From Spirochaetia bacterium (GTDB lineage Bacteria > Spirochaetota > Spirochaetia > CAKZLE01), in the NCBI GenBank assembly GCA_963677595.1, contig OY782041.1, positions 2,944,001 through 3,008,000 of the forward strand: a DNA stretch of 64,000 nucleotides, in the 5' to 3' direction. The notes beneath the pieces are model-generated. The model was not told the origin of the DNA. It searched no databases and saw only the letters and a program-made list of their open reading frames with translations. Shown in pieces: positions 1 through 10,372 of this stretch (within the stretch, counting starts at the first letter, position 1; each line of letters starts with the position of its first letter). The position numbers and the translations under genes were made by a program.

Positions 1-134
1 AAATGGCTTGTTCTCACTGAAATACCCACTATAAATCTGATAAATCAGACACAATGCTGACCATCTTCTTGTCACAGGAGGAGGAATGTGGTACTATTGT
101 GGTACGAATACAGAAGTACCACAAGGAGTATGCA

Positions 135-1661
135 GTGGCACACTACATCAGATACCAGAACAAGGCAGATAAGACCTATGCGCAGATTATTGATGCGGTC
201 AGGGTGGACGGCAAGAAGGAAAACCACTATATCGCCAGCCTCGGTACGGTAATCGATAAAGAGCAAGGGGTCTTCAGATCAAAAGAGCGAGGGATCTACA
301 CCTATACCCTGGAGGACGGATACGGTGAAGCTCCTCGAGAGATTGAGATGCTCCATGAAGGCATGAAGCGGGAGCGGCTTATCCTTGATTTCGGTGACAG
401 TTATATGCTGGATCACTATCTGAGGAATTCCAGTCCGTTCTTTGATCTGTTCTCTGCTATCCTGCCACAACAGCGTGACAGTCTGTTTGCGCTTCTGTTC
501 TTCAGGCTCCTCACTGATAAAAAGGCCTATATGTATGCACAGTCCTGGCATGAAGGGAATTATGCAAGCATTCTCTATCCAAACGCACGACTCCAGAGTC
601 AGCGGATCAGTGATTTCCTCACCGCACTTGGTGATGAAGAGGTGGGCCGGGGCTTTTTCTCTTCCTATCTGAACCAGCTGTATCCGGATCATACCGGCAC
701 GGGGATTCTCATTGACAGTACCGGGCTGCATAATGCGGTGGATATGCCGTTGACCGCACTGAGCAACCATAATGGAGACATCAACTTTGAGACACGGTTG
801 ATCTATGTGATTGACCGGTTCAACGGCATGCCGCTGTACCTGCGCTATTGCCCCGGGAATGTAGTCGATGTAACCACATTGTGCACCACGGTAGAGGAGT
901 TACGGCAGTTAGGAGTACGGACAGACTTTGCGATCGTAGATGCCGGATACTATAGTGAAGATAACGTTGATGCGCTTTATGCAGCTGATATAGCTTTTGT
1001 CTCCCGAGTGGGCCCCAACAGGAAGCTGTGCAAGACGCTTATCGAAACGCATGCCCCAAGTATCCGACAGGCACAGTATATGGTGCCGTTTGGTAATCGA
1101 ATCGTGTATATGAGGCGATTCTCCGTTGATTTGCATGGACATCCCGGCTATGCCTATTTGGGCGTTGACATGGACAGTCGCAATTTGCAGGAGAAGAAGG
1201 TGTCCCTGCAGGCGCTCAATGACAGGCTCCCATTTGATGAGATAGACAAGAAGATGGGGAAGTTAGGCTCCTTTGTCCTCGTATCCTCTCAGAAGATGGA
1301 GTGCCAGGATATGCTGCCCCTGTATTATACGAGAACACAGGTGGAGCAGGTATTTGATATCGCCAAGAATAATGCTGATGTGGTTCCGCTCAGGATTCAT
1401 GGAGAACAGACCCTTCGAGGTCATCTGCTGCTCACATTTCTCGCAACGGTACTGTTTCAGCAACTTCAGAAAGACCTGGTACTGCATACGCAGAAAAAGG
1501 ACAAACTGAACCCTGAAGGCAGTTTCTTCGTACTGAGAAACCAGAAGTGTAAAGTATATGATCGACTGGTGATTCCACAAGAACCGACAAAGAAGATGAA
1601 TGACATCTATAGACTTCTAAAGGTTCCTACCCCAACTTCCATCCCCTATACGCGGTTGTAA
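135..1661 (+). mobile_element. IS1634-family (IS4-like DDE) transposase
   Basis: DDE-type motifs LIDSTG, AIVDAGYYS and YYTRTQVEQVF...LRGHLLLTFLA; AGGAG RBS at 124-128 before GTG 135. A candidate right end GGGGTGGGAACTATAG lies at ~1680-1695; the left end was not identified in the window. Confidence 0.85.
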
Positions 1662-1792
1662 GTCCTGTGGTACGAAAAGGGGGTGGGAACTATAGGTAAT
1701 TTGTTCGAGAGACCTATGGTCCGCAAATAGGCATGCAAGATTGTGCAAATCAGTGATATACTCAGAGAACAAAGATATAAGAGGTAGTAGGT

Positions 1793-2416
1793 ATGAAGAA
1801 TATTCTCTGTTTCGGAGACTCGAACACCTGGGGGTACAATCCGGTCTCTAAGGAACGGTACGACCGGGATACCCGGTGGACCGGGGTCCTGCAGAAGCTG
1901 ATCGGGAGTGAGTACTACATCATCGAGGAGGGGCTCAACGGAAGGACCACGGTCTTCGATGACCCGATCGAAGAGGGTAGGTGCGGCAAGGTGTACCTTG
2001 AACCCTGCCTTATCTCCCACAAGCCGCTGGACCTGGTCGTGCTGATGCTCGGGACCAATGACCTGAAGAAGCGGTTCGACGTCTCTGCCGATGATATCGC
2101 CAGAGGGATAGAACTCCTGATCGAGAAGATACAGAAGAGCGAGACCGGAAGAGGCGGTGCCGCTCCTGAAATACTCCTGCTTTCCCCAGCCGTGATCAAG
2201 GAGACCGGGGAGTTCAGCGAGATGTTCGCAGGTGGAGAAGAGAAGTCGAAGAGGTTCGCCCGGAAGTATCAGGCAATCGCATCGTTACACGGCTGTCACT
2301 TCCTCGATACCGCACCGTTCATGGCGGTCTCGGATGTGGACGGGATCCACTTCCCTCCTGAAGCTCATAAGACGTTGGCGGAGCGGTTGCACGATGTGGT
2401 AGCAGAACTCATATAA
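1793..2416 (+). CDS. SGNH/GDSL-family hydrolase (arylesterase-like)
   Basis: Blocks FGDSNTWG, EEGLNGRT, MLGTND and DGIH are all present. Confidence 0.92.
   Translation: MKNILCFGDSNTWGYNPVSKERYDRDTRWTGVLQKLIGSEYYIIEEGLNGRTTVFDDPIEEGRCGKVYLEPCLISHKPLDLVVLMLGTNDLKKRFDVSADDIARGIELLIEKIQKSETGRGGAAPEILLLSPAVIKETGEFSEMFAGGEEKSKRFARKYQAIASLHGCHFLDTAPFMAVSDVDGIHFPPEAHKTLAERLHDVVAELI
1824..2383 (+). repeat. Direct repeat copy 1 (560 bp) of SGNH gene body
   Basis: Colinear with 4103-4662 (offset 2279, no indels seen), with an identical block at about 1979-2109. Confidence 0.92.
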
Positions 2417-2496
2417 CACGTCTTGCTTCACGTTTTGCTCTTTACTTACGGATAAAATATGCTATACTTAATATATAAGAGTAGTAGAAAGTATAC

Positions 2497-3114
2497 ATGC
2501 GTAAAGATGGCAGACAAACAGAGACAGAGAAAGCACTGAAGATAATCGAAGAATACCATGGTCTTATTCGGACCTCCCAGGCTATAGCACTCGGCATTCA
2601 TCCGAGAGCATTGTATGCATTGCGGGATTCCGGGGAGTTGATGCAGTTAACAAGAGGGGTTTACTGCCTGCCCCATTATGAATTCTCAGGGAGTATGGAC
2701 CTTGAGGTTGTTGCTGTTCGAATCCCTAAGGCTGTCGTTTGTCTGGTTTCAGCATTGGCTTTTCATGAGATGACTACTCATATACCGCATACTGTTTCCA
2801 TAGCGATCCCGAAATCTATGAAAAACCCCATTCTGGAGTTTCCGCCCATAGAGGTGTATCATTTTTCGAAGAACCCATATGAGACTGGGATTGAGTACCA
2901 TGAAAAAAAGCATGTTACAATAGCTGTATACGATCGTGAGAAGACCATAATTGACTGCTTCAAGTTCAGAAACACCATAGGTCTTGATATTGCCATTGAA
3001 GCGCTGAAAACCTATAGACAGCAACAACGGCCTGATTTTATCAAACTGATTGAATATGCACGTATCTGCCGGGTAGAGAAGGTCATGACACCGTATCTGG
3101 AGATGCTGCAATGA
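2497..3114 (+). CDS. abiEi: Type IV toxin-antitoxin antitoxin, AbiEi family
   Basis: N-terminal wHTH (GELMQLTRGVY), SALAFHEMT and YDREKTIIDCFK motifs; ATGA overlap with the toxin gene. Confidence 0.88.
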   Translation: MRKDGRQTETEKALKIIEEYHGLIRTSQAIALGIHPRALYALRDSGELMQLTRGVYCLPHYEFSGSMDLEVVAVRIPKAVVCLVSALAFHEMTTHIPHTVSIAIPKSMKNPILEFPPIEVYHFSKNPYETGIEYHEKKHVTIAVYDREKTIIDCFKFRNTIGLDIAIEALKTYRQQQRPDFIKLIEYARICRVEKVMTPYLEMLQ

Positions 3115-4025
3115 AAGAGATTAAGAACCTGCCTGCATCGGTTAGACAACGCCTCATGAATGAGGCGAGAAAAGAGAAAAGGCCATATGATGAACTCGTA
3201 CGGTACTATGCTATGGAACGTTTTCTTTTTCGGTTGTCAGAATCAGTATTCTCAAGACAGTATATCTTGAAGGGCGGGCTTCTTCTTAAGCTGTGGGATT
3301 CCTCAAAAACACGGTCCACCATGGATATTGATATGAAGGGTGTTGCCAGTAACCATGAGCAGGAAGTACTGAACCAGATTGAGAGGATCCTCTCTCATCC
3401 TGTTGTGCCTGATGGTATCATCTTCGATCCGAGTAGTCTGAAAGTGGAGAGCATTACCGATGATTCTGAGTATTCCGGCCTAAGAATAAAGTTCTTGGGC
3501 TTTATTGGGACCCAGCGAATCCCCATGCAGCTGGATATCGGGTTCGGTGATGTGATTACCCCTGAACCAATAGTGCTAGAGTATCCCACTATATTGGATT
3601 TCCCTGAACCGAAGATTTTCTGCTATAACATGGAAAGTGTCATTGCTGAAAAGTTTGAGGCAATGATCAGTTTAGGAAGAATCAACAGCAGAATGAAAGA
3701 TTTCTATGATATCTGGTTGTTGGCTTCACAAAACCATTTTGATTTTCATTCTCTGGAAACTGCTATTGAGGCGACTTTACGAAATAGGGGGACCAGAATA
3801 CCCGAAGATCTTAATGTATTCTCAGAAGGGTTCATAACTTCAAAACAAGCACAGTGGGAAGCTTATAAAAAACGAACTAAGCTCGATACCGTACCACTGG
3901 AGTTTGCGGTGATCGTACGGCTGATATCATGTTTCTTAACTCCTATTGTTGAGCATTTGATTTATGATTCTATTTATTACGTAAAGCTGCATTGGGTTCC
4001 CACTGATGGGTGGATGGATGCTTGA
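3111..4025 (+). CDS. abiEii: Nucleotidyltransferase toxin, AbiEii/AbiGii family
   Basis: LKGG...RSTMDID, LDIGFGD, AEKFEAM and NSRMKDFYD motifs; lower GC than the flanks. Confidence 0.9.
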   Translation: MKEIKNLPASVRQRLMNEARKEKRPYDELVRYYAMERFLFRLSESVFSRQYILKGGLLLKLWDSSKTRSTMDIDMKGVASNHEQEVLNQIERILSHPVVPDGIIFDPSSLKVESITDDSEYSGLRIKFLGFIGTQRIPMQLDIGFGDVITPEPIVLEYPTILDFPEPKIFCYNMESVIAEKFEAMISLGRINSRMKDFYDIWLLASQNHFDFHSLETAIEATLRNRGTRIPEDLNVFSEGFITSKQAQWEAYKKRTKLDTVPLEFAVIVRLISCFLTPIVEHLIYDSIYYVKLHWVPTDGWMDA

Positions 4026-4102
4026 GAAAGAGAACAGCTACTCGTCCTATGCAAAGAAGAGAGTATCTTCTTTAAGTATTTATTCATTACTATAAAGTCT
4101 GT

Positions 4103-4698
4103 ACACCTGGGGGTACGACCCGGTATCGAAGGAGTGGTATGACCGCGATACCCGGTGGACCGGTATCCTGCAGAAGCTGCTCGGGAGTGAGTACTACATC
4201 ATCGAGGAGGGGCTCAACGGAAGGACTACGGTCTTCGATGACCCGATCGAGGAGGGAAGGTGCGGCAAGGTGTACCTTGAACCCTGCCTTATCTCCCACA
4301 AGCCGCTGGACCTGGTCGTGCTGATGCTCGGGACCAATGACCTGAAGAAGCGGTTCGACGTCTCTGCCGATGATATCGCCAGAGGGATTGAACTCCTGAA
4401 CGAGAAGATCCAGAAGAGCGGGACGGGCAGGGATGGTGCCGCTCCTGCTATCCTCCTGCTTGCACCTGCAGTGATCAAGGAGACCGGGGAGTTCGGTGAG
4501 ATGTTCGCAGGTGGAGAAGAGAAGTCGAAGAGATTCGCAAGGAAGTATCAGGCAATCGCATCGTTACACGGATGTTATTTCCTCGATACCGCACCGTGCA
4601 TGGAGGTCTCGGATGTGGACGGGATCCACTTCCCGCCTGAGGCCCATAAGACGTTGGCGGAGAAGCTGGAACTTAAGCTGCAGGACTTGTTTTCGTAA
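4103..4698 (+). pseudogene. 5'-truncated second copy of SGNH hydrolase (direct repeat copy 2, 4103-4662)
   Basis: Open frame TWGYDPVSKEW... to stop 4698, but an in-frame TAA at 4093-4095 precedes it. The start and the catalytic GDS block are missing. Confidence 0.85.
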
Positions 4699-4713
4699 CC
4701 TGCAGGGTGTCCC

Positions 4714-5172
4714 TCACACCGAGATCCTGGCAGAACCAGGGAACCAGGGACCGTTGTTCCTGGAGGATCCCTGCGCCTTCTTTGGACGCAGTGCTGCTGT
4801 GAACACGGCCTTGAGCTTCCTCACGATATTTTCCGGGATGGTGTAATGTTCCCGCCGGGAGAGCTTCAGGTAGTACATGGCGACCTTGCGGTCGGCATCC
4901 CCCTGACGGTTGGGGTGGCAGAAGTAGCGCTCGAGGGTCCGCAGGCCGGAGAGCCTGTCCTGGTTCATCTCATAGAGCCCGGCAAGTTCCATGTAGGGTG
5001 CCGATGATATCCTGGAGGGGACGAGGCTGCAGGTTTCGAACTCCCTGAGCAGGATGATCTTCGTCAGGATCTCGATGGCAGAATCGTAATCTCTCTTCTG
5101 TTTCAACCTCTCGACCAACTCTGCACAGGCGATGGCATCGCCGACGAGACTCTCCTTGAAGTCGTTATCCAT
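4714..5172 (-). CDS. Hypothetical helical (TPR-like) protein
   Basis: ORF with GAGGAGG RBS before ATG 5172; helical-repeat-like segment APYMELAGLYE. Confidence 0.6.
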   Translation of the reverse strand: MDNDFKESLVGDAIACAELVERLKQKRDYDSAIEILTKIILLREFETCSLVPSRISSAPYMELAGLYEMNQDRLSGLRTLERYFCHPNRQGDADRKVAMYYLKLSRREHYTIPENIVRKLKAVFTAALRPKKAQGSSRNNGPWFPGSARISV

Positions 5173-5278
5173 TGAGTCCTCCTCATAGGGATTTCTGTAA
5201 AAAGATCCTCTAAGGCAGCAGGGAAAGTATACCACCTATCTCATGGTCCGATTATGAGCATATCGTGTATTCGTTTTC

Positions 5279-6553
5279 TCAGACGCTGTAGGTGCTGATC
5301 ATGTAGCCGCCGGGCTCCCGCTCCTTCACGGTGTTCATCGCGTTGTAAGCCCGGTTGATGAGCGGCAGGACCTGGTCCCCGTTCGTCGGGTAGATCGCGA
5401 TCCCGATATTGACCTGCAGGTCTATCGAGTAGTGCTGGAAGACGATGGGGTCCTTGAACCCCTGGGTAAGCTTCTCCGCGACAGCGAGGATATCCTTCCG
5501 GGAGGTGATGCTCGGCAGGAGGACGAGGAAGGTGGACCCTTCATACCGGGCGAGGAGGTCGCTCTTCCTGAAGAGCTGCTTCATCCTGGCCGTGGCGAGC
5601 TTGAGGACCTCATCCCCGATGTTCCTCCCGTACCGCTCGTTGATCATGGTGAACTTGTCAAGCTCGATGATGAAGAAGGTGACGAGATCCTTGGTATAGC
5701 GTGCCTGGGACAGGGTGAGCTCTGCCTGGAGCTGGAAGAAGTTCTTGTTCGGGAGGCCGGTCAGGATATCATGGTTGGAGAGGAAGGAGAGCTTCTGCTC
5801 CAACTCCTTCTGGAAGGTGATGTCCTCGAAGGTCCCTTCGATGGAGATGATCGACTGGTCATCCCCATAGTTGGCTGTGAGGTTGATGCGTGCCCAGATG
5901 ACCACCCCGTCATACCGCTGGATCTCCACACTCCGGCCCTGCACCTGGCCCTCCTGGCTGATGATGGAGGTGATCACCTTCTTCTCTTCCTCATCGTTGA
6001 AGAAGGAGAAGAAGTTGTCCTCGTAGATGACATCCTTGAACGGTGCCTTCAGCAGGGATGCCATCTGCTTGTTGGTCTCGATGAAATCGCCTTCGGGATT
6101 GGTCCTGAAGAGTCCCAGCGGGACAGAGTCGATGAGCGGCGTACCTGTCTCAACCCTGCGGCTTGACTTCATGGCGCGATCGAGCTCATCTAGCTGGTTG
6201 TCAATGATCGAGAGGATCATGGCTGCCCCGCCCTGGGGATCCTCGATGAGGATCGGCATCACCTTCTCGTCAAGTTCAGTTTCCAGGGGGACCCCGCGTT
6301 CAGTGAGCAGGAGTACCTTCTGGATCTCAGGCAGGCTGGTGAGGGTATCGAGGACCATGGAGACCGAATAGGAATCCTCGAAATCATAGGAGATGAGCAC
6401 GAGGTTGAAGGTGTGGGCTTTCATGAGGGTCAGCCCGCTGAGCAGCGAGTCCGTGCTGACAAGCTCGTTATGGGCTCTCTTCAGCTGGTCGAGGATCATG
6501 TCCTTCTTCTCGCTCTTCTCGGTGATCGATATGATGTGCATCTGGTTCTTCAT
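5279..6553 (-). CDS. Pseudo-receiver/PAS/degenerate GGDEF protein
   Basis: PAS region (DSVPLGLFRTNPEG...EDIT), HDILTGLPN; active site reads YEGST instead of GGDEF, preceded by RKSD. Confidence 0.85.
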   Translation of the reverse strand: MKNQMHIISITEKSEKKDMILDQLKRAHNELVSTDSLLSGLTLMKAHTFNLVLISYDFEDSYSVSMVLDTLTSLPEIQKVLLLTERGVPLETELDEKVMPILIEDPQGGAAMILSIIDNQLDELDRAMKSSRRVETGTPLIDSVPLGLFRTNPEGDFIETNKQMASLLKAPFKDVIYEDNFFSFFNDEEEKKVITSIISQEGQVQGRSVEIQRYDGVVIWARINLTANYGDDQSIISIEGTFEDITFQKELEQKLSFLSNHDILTGLPNKNFFQLQAELTLSQARYTKDLVTFFIIELDKFTMINERYGRNIGDEVLKLATARMKQLFRKSDLLARYEGSTFLVLLPSITSRKDILAVAEKLTQGFKDPIVFQHYSIDLQVNIGIAIYPTNGDQVLPLINRAYNAMNTVKEREPGGYMISTYSV

Positions 6554-6752
6554 GACTGGGTTCCCCTTGCTTGATACGTGGATTCCTATAAAAAAGAGTA
6601 TATCGGCAGGTCATTAATGTCAATGAAAGAGTAGGACCGCAGGGGGTTTTCCTTGCTGATACCCCCCTGCTTACCGGAGGAAACAGGCCTGGTCAGACGA
6701 TTTTGTGTAAAAAACAGTAGAAAATAGCTACCTGCTCTTCTATACTGAATAT

Positions 6753-8039
6753 ATGCAGGAACCAAGACGCATTTACCACATTCCCAGGCGGTTCGTCACC
6801 GACGAGTGGGGCGGATCAGAGACCTTCATCTCGGAGATAGCGGTGCGGCAGAAAGCCGCGGGGCTCCAGCCGGAGATCCTCACGACCCTGGCCCTCAGCA
6901 CTGTGCGGGCTGAAGAGCACCGGGGAGTGCAGGTGCGGAGGTTCCCCTATTTCTATCCCTACCTGGGGCTGAAGCCTGCCCAGAAGACAGCACTCGACAA
7001 GAAGGCAGGAAACCTCTTCTCCTTCTCCCTCATGAGGGCGCTTCGGAAGGGGCCAAGGCCTGACCTGATTCATCTCCATACCGGCAAGCGGCTCGGGGGT
7101 ATCATCCGCCACTATGCCGTGAAGCGCGGCATCCCCTATATCATATCGCTGCACGGCGGCAGGCTTGCCGTACCGCAGGAGGAGCAGGAGACCTGGACCG
7201 AACCGACGAAGGGTGCCTTCGAATGGGGCAAGCTGCTCGGGATGCTCGTCGGTTCCCGACGGGTGCTGCAGGATGCGGCAGCCGTCATCTGCGTCGGCAG
7301 AGAGGAGTATGAGGCTGTCTCGAGGCAGTTCCCGGACAAGGAGGTCATCTATCTCCCGAACGGGGTGGATGTGAAGAGGTTCTCGACCGGTGACGGGGCA
7401 GCCTTCAGGAAGAAGTACGGCATCCCGTCCGACCGGTTCGTATGCCTGACCGCCGCACGGATCGATGTGCAGAAGAACCAGACGGCACTGATCGAGGCGC
7501 TCTCCGGCTGCGCGGCAGAGCTGCCGAAGCTGCATCTTCTGCTGCTCGGTGCGGTGACCACTCCCTCCTACCTGGAGGAGGTGAACCGGCTCATCGACTC
7601 TGAAGGGCTTGCTGACCGGGTGACCATCATCCCCGGCATCCCCTACCAGAGCCCTGACCTCATCGATGCCTATCATGCATCCGACTGCTTCATGCTCCCC
7701 TCGCTCCATGAACCCTTCGGCATGGTCGTGCTCGAGGCCTGGGCGGCAGGCCTGCCGACCGCGGCTTCAGCCCGGGGCGGGCTGACGGGGATCATCACCC
7801 ACGGGGAGAACGGGCTGCTCTTCGAGCCGGTACCGTCAGATGACGGGGAGCATTCTGCCGATGGGAAGTGGTTCTCCTCTATCACTGAATCCTTCCGCTA
7901 CCTCTACGGTGAACGTGAGGAGAGGATGAGGCTGGCCGAAGCCGGCAGAAGACAGGCACGGGAGGTCTACAGTTGGGATGCTGTGGCTCTCCGGCTGCTC
8001 GAGATCTATAGGGGGGTGTATGCGCGTACTCTTCCTTAA
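6753..8039 (+). CDS. Glycosyltransferase family 4
   Basis: GGSE, PNGVD and EPFGMVVLEAW (EX7E) motifs. Confidence 0.92.
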   Translation: MQEPRRIYHIPRRFVTDEWGGSETFISEIAVRQKAAGLQPEILTTLALSTVRAEEHRGVQVRRFPYFYPYLGLKPAQKTALDKKAGNLFSFSLMRALRKGPRPDLIHLHTGKRLGGIIRHYAVKRGIPYIISLHGGRLAVPQEEQETWTEPTKGAFEWGKLLGMLVGSRRVLQDAAAVICVGREEYEAVSRQFPDKEVIYLPNGVDVKRFSTGDGAAFRKKYGIPSDRFVCLTAARIDVQKNQTALIEALSGCAAELPKLHLLLLGAVTTPSYLEEVNRLIDSEGLADRVTIIPGIPYQSPDLIDAYHASDCFMLPSLHEPFGMVVLEAWAAGLPTAASARGGLTGIITHGENGLLFEPVPSDDGEHSADGKWFSSITESFRYLYGEREERMRLAEAGRRQAREVYSWDAVALRLLEIYRGVYARTLP

Positions 8040-9180
8040 TACGACCGGGGGGTTCTTCGGTGGTGTGGAACAGAACATCTACCTTGCGGCATCCGGGCTG
8101 GCTGTGCGGGGGGTCGAGGTCTTCTTCGCCTCCTGGAACTGGTCCGGGAAGGAATTGGCGAGGTTCTCAAGCGTCTTCACAGAGGTCTACAATGTCATAG
8201 AACAACCGCTCGGGGAGATCATCGCAGCCTGCGCTCCCGATGTCATCTATATCCACAAGGTGGAGAGCGTCCGCCCGGTGATGGAAGCCGCGGGGGACAT
8301 ACCGCTGGTGCGGATGTACCATGACCACGACGTCTACTGCCCCCGCAGGCATAAGTACTATGCCCATAACCAGCACATCTGTACCCACCGTGCAGGCTGG
8401 CGGTGTTATGCCGACCTCGCCTTCCTCGAGCGGGGGCCGAACGGGCTGCGGTATGCATCGATCGGGAGGAAGCTCGCCGAGCTTCACCTGAATACCAGGA
8501 TCGGTACCGCGATTGCCGGAAGCAGCTACACGAAGGGGGAACTTATCAGGAACGGGTTCGACCCCGACCGAATCGTGGTACTCCCGCCCTGTACGGCACC
8601 GTCGGACCATGCACCGCTTCCCATGCCGGAAGACCCGTCCCTGCTCTTCGTAGGACAGCTGATCAGGGGAAAGGGGGTGGATTTCCTGCTCGAGGCCTAT
8701 AAGAAGCTGGTTGACCGTACCGGTACGGCAGTCCCCCTCCATATCGTCGGTACGGGGAACAGCTTCGATGCCCTTACCAGGATGGCAGAGGATCTCGGGA
8801 TCTCCGCCTCGGTGACGTTCCACGGCTGGGTGTCGAGCGGGGAGATCCGCCAGTTCTACCAGGAGGCATCCCTCGTGGTCGTCCCGTCACGCTGGCCGGA
8901 ACCCTTCGGGATGATCGGCCCTGAGGCCATGTTCAATGGGCGTCCGGTAGTCGCCTCCCGGGCCGGGGGTATCCCCGACTGGCTGGAGGACGGGGTGACC
9001 GGCTATCTGGTCCCACCGGGTGACACCGATGCACTCTCCCGGAAGATCGAAGAGTTGATCGATGACCCTGAACGTGCCCGTCAGTTCGGGCTGGCAGGGT
9101 TCGAACGTGCCACTGCCCGGTTCGGGTACGATGACTATATTGATTCCCTCAAGACACTGCTTGAAAGGAGTATGCTATGA
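8020..9180 (+). CDS. Glycosyltransferase family 4
   Basis: GGVE, GQLIRGKG and EPFGMIGPEAM motifs; start taken at ATG 8020. Confidence 0.92.
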   Translation: MRVLFLNTTGGFFGGVEQNIYLAASGLAVRGVEVFFASWNWSGKELARFSSVFTEVYNVIEQPLGEIIAACAPDVIYIHKVESVRPVMEAAGDIPLVRMYHDHDVYCPRRHKYYAHNQHICTHRAGWRCYADLAFLERGPNGLRYASIGRKLAELHLNTRIGTAIAGSSYTKGELIRNGFDPDRIVVLPPCTAPSDHAPLPMPEDPSLLFVGQLIRGKGVDFLLEAYKKLVDRTGTAVPLHIVGTGNSFDALTRMAEDLGISASVTFHGWVSSGEIRQFYQEASLVVVPSRWPEPFGMIGPEAMFNGRPVVASRAGGIPDWLEDGVTGYLVPPGDTDALSRKIEELIDDPERARQFGLAGFERATARFGYDDYIDSLKTLLERSML

Positions 9181-10328
9181 TCCGTATCGGGATACCGAGC
9201 TTCGGGACAGACAGAGGACGGTCCGGGATCGGCAGTTACATGCAGGAACTGATCGACCGGTTCGACCGTGATGAACTCAAAGGAGAGTTCTCCTTCGAGC
9301 TCATCGGGCCGCAGGAGGATAAGGAGCAGTATCTGGGTAAGACTCAGAACATCGGATGGTACCAGGTGGAGGGGGCTGACTCCTCCCCGATACACAACTT
9401 CTTCTGGAACCAGTTCCGGCTGCCCGGGATCTGCAGGAAGCGAGGCTATGACCTGCTCTTCCTCCCGGCTGCGAACCGGAGGCTGACGGGAAGGGCCCCG
9501 TGCCCTTCGGTCGGCACGGTCCATGACCTGGCTCCGCTCCATGTGAAGGACAAATATGACTTCATCCATACCGTCTTCAACCGGAACCTGCTACCGAGGC
9601 TGATCAGGGGCCTGGATGAGATCATCACGGTGAGCCAGTTCTCCAAGGATGATATCGTCCGGTTCTCCGGTGTGGAGGAGGAGCGTGTCCATGTGATCCA
9701 CCTTGCGGCGGATGACGCACGCTACTTACCGGCTTCTGGGGAGGACCCGGCTGCAGCCTTGGGTGAGAAGTACCACTTCGCTGCCCCCTACATCCTCTAC
9801 ATCTCGCGGATCGAGCACCCGGGGAAGAACCATGTCCAGCTGATCAGGGCCTATTCGGAGTTCCGCAGCCGGACCGGCATGCAGGTATCCCTCGTCCTGC
9901 CCGGGCCGGACAAGGAACGGGCCGAGGAGGTCCACCTGGAGGCGGAACAGTCCCCCTTCGCGGGAGATATCATCTTTCCCGGCTTTATCGATGCCGCTGA
10001 TGTCCCCGACTTCTACCGCGGGGCGAAGCTCTTCGTCATGCCATCCCGGTTCGAGGGGTTCGGGCTCCCCGTGCTGGAGGCAATGGCCTGCGGGACGCCG
10101 GTCATCACCTCCACCGAAGCATCGCTGCCCGAGGTCAGCGGGCCCCACGCCCCGAAGGTCGACCCTGATGATGTCGGGGAGCTGAGCCGCATGATGGAGG
10201 GGATCCTCACCGATGGGAAGCGGGCTCAGGAGCTCGCTGACGCAGGCCTTGCCTGGGTGAAGGGGTTCTCCTGGGAGAAGACGCTCGAAGAGACGCTTGA
10301 GGTGTTCAGGAAGAGCGTGGGGCAGTGA
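9177..10328 (+). CDS. Glycosyltransferase family 4 (mannosyltransferase-like)
   Basis: TVHDL and [14 protein letters not shown] motifs. Confidence 0.92.
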   Translation: MIRIGIPSFGTDRGRSGIGSYMQELIDRFDRDELKGEFSFELIGPQEDKEQYLGKTQNIGWYQVEGADSSPIHNFFWNQFRLPGICRKRGYDLLFLPAANRRLTGRAPCPSVGTVHDLAPLHVKDKYDFIHTVFNRNLLPRLIRGLDEIITVSQFSKDDIVRFSGVEEERVHVIHLAADDARYLPASGEDPAAALGEKYHFAAPYILYISRIEHPGKNHVQLIRAYSEFRSRTGMQVSLVLPGPDKERAEEVHLEAEQSPFAGDIIFPGFIDAADVPDFYRGAKLFVMPSRFEGFGLPVLEAMACGTPVITSTEASLPEVSGPHAPKVDPDDVGELSRMMEGILTDGKRAQELADAGLAWVKGFSWEKTLEETLEVFRKSVGQ

Positions 10329-10372
10329 GCGGGTCACTTGACGAGCTGCGAGGAAACAGGGGAGTATAACGT

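Noticed and set aside
4270-4698. 142-aa ORF as an independent gene
   Set aside because: It is the internal part of the truncated SGNH copy and lacks the catalytic GDS motif.
6600-6690. Possible c-di-GMP-I riboswitch (GAAAGAGTAGGACCGCA plus a GC hairpin at 6639-6670)
   Set aside because: The paired GCAAA elements and P1/P2 stems could not be built. An Infernal/Rfam scan would settle it.
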